NCBI GenBank assembly: GCA_002633005.1
Contig: NMRA01000081.1
Location: 623,625-687,624, forward strand
Origin: Phoronis australis
Lineage: Eukaryota; Animalia; Phoronida
Length of the DNA stretch: 64,000 nucleotides
Direction: 5' to 3'
Within the stretch, counting starts at the first letter, position 1. Each line of letters opens with the position of its first letter. The notes beneath the pieces are model-generated. The model saw nothing but the letters and a program-made list of their open reading frames with translations. It was not told the origin of the DNA and searched no databases. The translations under genes and the position numbers were made by a program. Shown here piece after piece: positions 62,501 to 64,000 of this stretch.

Positions 62501-63756
62501 GTTTGACGAATTGTGTTGAAAACTTGTAAACGTTAGTGGGTTTACTCTGACTAATTACACACCTTTAAAAATAATGATACCAGGCGCTACTTCCGAAAAA
62601 TGTCCAAATAAACATTGATTTTTTTTACATTCAGACTTTGAGTAATCCGAAAACTTTTGATTTTTGAAATAGAAAAAAAGTTATTAAGCGGTATAATTTA
62701 AACCACTTTCGCTAAAGTGTAACTTTCATTTTTGCGTCAACTTTCATAGACTGATTTGCAGGATCAATAACGTTTTCCTCTATGACGAACAAACAGTAAT
62801 TCCTTAACTTGTTACAATCGTCATTCACTACTGTTATTGATTTACGTGAAGCCGGGATCCAATAGATGAAAACATGAAAACTATATTTACTCCGAAAGCC
62901 AATAAAAAATAATTGCGGGCGGTCTGATACACGTTGTACCAGACGTGCGCAGGCCTCGCATGTGGGCCCATTGCACCTGGAAATATTTTTTTTGCTTTAT
63001 TAATATATGGTTAAAACCGAGCTGAGGAGCTAGAAACCTGGCTCAAGGGTTTAGCAGTGTGACATGGTGGGACTTGAACCCACGACCTCGAGTAAAGAAA
63101 GCGGGCACTTATCAAACAGGCCACACTGTCTCCTCTCCGAAAGCCAAAAGTGCATCATGCAACCGAGGTGATTCTTTGCTCATAAGTGATGAAAACTATT
63201 TTCGCGACCAAAGTAAGATTTCGTGACCAAACAATCGCATAACTTTATGACAACATTTCTTTGTAGAATCCCCGTAGAGCGCAATGTAAAAACCAGTTCG
63301 CTAACCTCGCCAGTGCGCGTGCGCCTGTCCAAAGCAGTCTTTTTGAGGTGGCTAGGTGTGAATAGTTCTGAATAATCTCACAGAAAGCGACATGAACTAC
63401 GCTTTTAAGAGTAGCATTGGCCACCACTTTCTTAAGAATGTGTCAAAAATTGAAATTTCGTTTTAAAACAAAAATCAGCAATTTTCAACTTTCGTGAAGT
63501 CCTTTCATGTTTCATCAAAAAACTGTTTCATAGTTCAAGCCGTGAAAGCATAGATTTTTTGAATCCTCAACAAATCAAATTTTCACGCGTATCGACCCAA
63601 ACACTAAACGAAACAAATCAGGAACCTGATGACTATCGTGTGACTCATGTTTGAGGAAATAACCTTCCAACTCGGCTATTGAAGCGTTTTCCTATTCATC
63701 ATTTATACGCTGATATTTTGTAGTTCCCTGCAACAGTGGCAACTGGAACCAATGCG
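47471..63756 (+). CDS. Secreted CAP/SCP (CRISP-like) superfamily protein with Cys-rich C-terminal extension; 3' incomplete
   Basis: Phase-consistent exons 47471-47516, 48761-48975, 49088-49339, 54466-54551, 61555-61643, 63724-63756. The translation has CAP hallmarks LNGYRR, MNKL-RWDYELA, WFQEKMHYDY, LVHQDAETVGCA..C..LVCAFSPG and the hinge PFTKGSSCTRC...CDDGLC. Confidence 0.85.
48761..48975 (+). CDS. Gene 2 exon, CAP N-terminal helix
   Basis: VVTDFHK...FVNVLNGYRRLLGKVDFPPFSVTRMNKL|gtaaga. Confidence 0.85.
49088..49339 (+). CDS. Gene 2 exon, CAP core
   Basis: RWDYELAQNLIPSCHPASSH...LVSSWFQEKMHYDYELNLCLEHEGCQNFLQ|gtaggt. Confidence 0.88.
50270..51290 (-). pseudogene. Academ transposase remnant
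   Basis: C-terminal Cys motif ELPAPEAIIVMVRC*CKNK..QRCS..DLSYTDLCQ..ECPN at about 50460-50300; upstream part heavily disrupted. Confidence 0.7.
51606..52940 (+). mobile_element. 5'-truncated CR1/L2-group LINE
   Basis: RT C-terminal motifs, 3' UTR with AATAAA and poly-A, flanked by 13-bp AAAATTTCCAATT direct repeats. Confidence 0.9.
51607..52707 (+). CDS. LINE ORF2 C-terminal part (RT thumb region plus CCHC finger), no start codon
   Basis: Open frame PEKSVDLTFS...HRHLGILLDEKLSFTPHV...FKSFVLPHIDYCDIIY...SPNCKCGDHQSYPHIFFKCP. Confidence 0.85.
   Translation, partial: PEKSVDLTFSKSINALFLVDPSYDLKLNDEIIPRKQSHRHLGILLDEKLSFTPHVRELVQKTQELINPLKLVSRHLNSTHLEVLFKSFVLPHIDYCDIIYQSANTGALQHLEKLQYQAALLITGAYRGSNSVKVLNNLKWPKLSTRRNLHMTTFTFKVINNVNNVSVKKIFDLYIRQGHRSDLRFSTPYAIPPSFSQAFRRSTVMMCINNWNSLPVSVKESNSFTSIKNNFRTVFHNFDNSTPLTQFSLTRDNEIALYRSRCGLFLNSDKFRHNFSNVSPNCKCGDHQSYPHIFFKCPLIESLRDSLFRALNDNQSVVNALNSCNNIPTRVTLLLNGSPNLDFVLNEFLLSNVSKFLYTVYQYCCI
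53642..53736. mobile_element. 95-bp hairpin MITE
   Basis: 31-bp arms TACACTCGTCTCAGGTTTATGACAAGGGCAA / TTACCCATGTCATAAATCTGAGACGAGTGTA. Confidence 0.7.
54466..54551 (+). CDS. Gene 2 exon, CAP C-terminal motifs
   Basis: LVHQDAETVGCAVNTCDGTTVLVCAFSPG|gtgagt. Confidence 0.88.
54880..55030. repeat. Degenerate minisatellite of about 20 bp (TAAATTAATTATTAA core)
   Basis: About 7 imperfect units. Confidence 0.65.
55618..58498. repeat. Pair of diverged inverted arms (about 55618-56320 and 57740-58498)
   Basis: TGGCCAAATTTC..CAGTTTTCTAAA and GCAAAAGTGGAAC match the reverse complement of the right arm; both outer ends are TTAA. Confidence 0.6.
61078..61312 (+). mobile_element. hAT-like MITE family A, copy 3
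   Basis: Shares CATTTGGCGAAGTG..ACAAAGGTC and GAAAACGAGACAAAAGTCCA with copy 2; flanks TTGTT/ATGTT. Confidence 0.78.
61555..61643 (+). CDS. Gene 2 exon, CRISP-like hinge
   Basis: YSSGRMPFTKGSSCTRCQASLSFCDDGLC|gtgagt, phase 2-1. Confidence 0.85.
63040..63125 (-). mobile_element. tRNA-derived SINE fragment
   Basis: Minus strand has the B-box GAGGTCGTGGGTTCAAGTCCCACC followed by CCCTTGAGCCAGG; no complete cloverleaf. Confidence 0.55.
63724..63756 (+). CDS. Gene 2 33-bp micro-exon
   Basis: ttttgtag| VPCNSGNWNQC |gtaagt, phase 1-1. Confidence 0.65.
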
Positions 63757-64000
63757 GTAAGTGACTAACGACGAGGAAGAAAACGTTCGAGACGAGGCGA
63801 GAAAGTCTGTGATAAAAATGAAATTGTTCGTAAAAAAGAGTAAAAATGATTCGATCATATCACTCTGGGGTAATAATACACTTCAACTGGCGTAAGAGGA
63901 CCCTAAAATCCATTTTCACTTTATTTTGTTTACATCTGAATTTTGCCATCCAAACTGTCAATTTCTAAAAAAACTCGCACGACCTTGCTGTCTGGTGTGA

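Noticed and set aside
63040-63125. Functional tRNA gene
   Set aside because: Only the B-box arm is preserved, and the downstream sequence is SINE-like.

Overview
Eukaryotic, AT-rich, intron-rich animal DNA, most likely a marine invertebrate. The supplied ORF track is mostly noise because the genes are spliced. (1) A + strand gene with 26 visible exons, CDS 6656-43572, about 1550 aa plus at least one exon lost at a single-N join at 24122. It encodes a type-I membrane protein: signal peptide, three YWTD beta-propeller/EGF units, an extra EGF, an ephrin-receptor-like (GCC2/GCC3) Cys repeat, an S/T stalk, two HYR domains, a sushi domain, a linker with an RRKR furin site, a second GCC2/GCC3 repeat, a TM helix and a 15-aa tail. 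This reads as an LRP-type head joined to an SVEP1-type module. (2) A + strand secreted CAP/SCP-superfamily gene starting at 47471 and running off the window, with degenerate CAP motifs. Introns and intergenic DNA hold many mobile elements: a 4.4-kb CACGGTG-ended TIR element with a decayed ORF, an Academ transposon with a young CR1-group LINE nested in it, a Helentron-type HINE carrying CTCF-like motifs, hAT-like MITEs with 5-bp TSDs, Harbinger-type MITEs, a Penelope 3' end with a minimal hammerhead ribozyme, and a tRNA-derived SINE. Exon models were built by hand from splice signals, phase continuity and translation. No database search was run.
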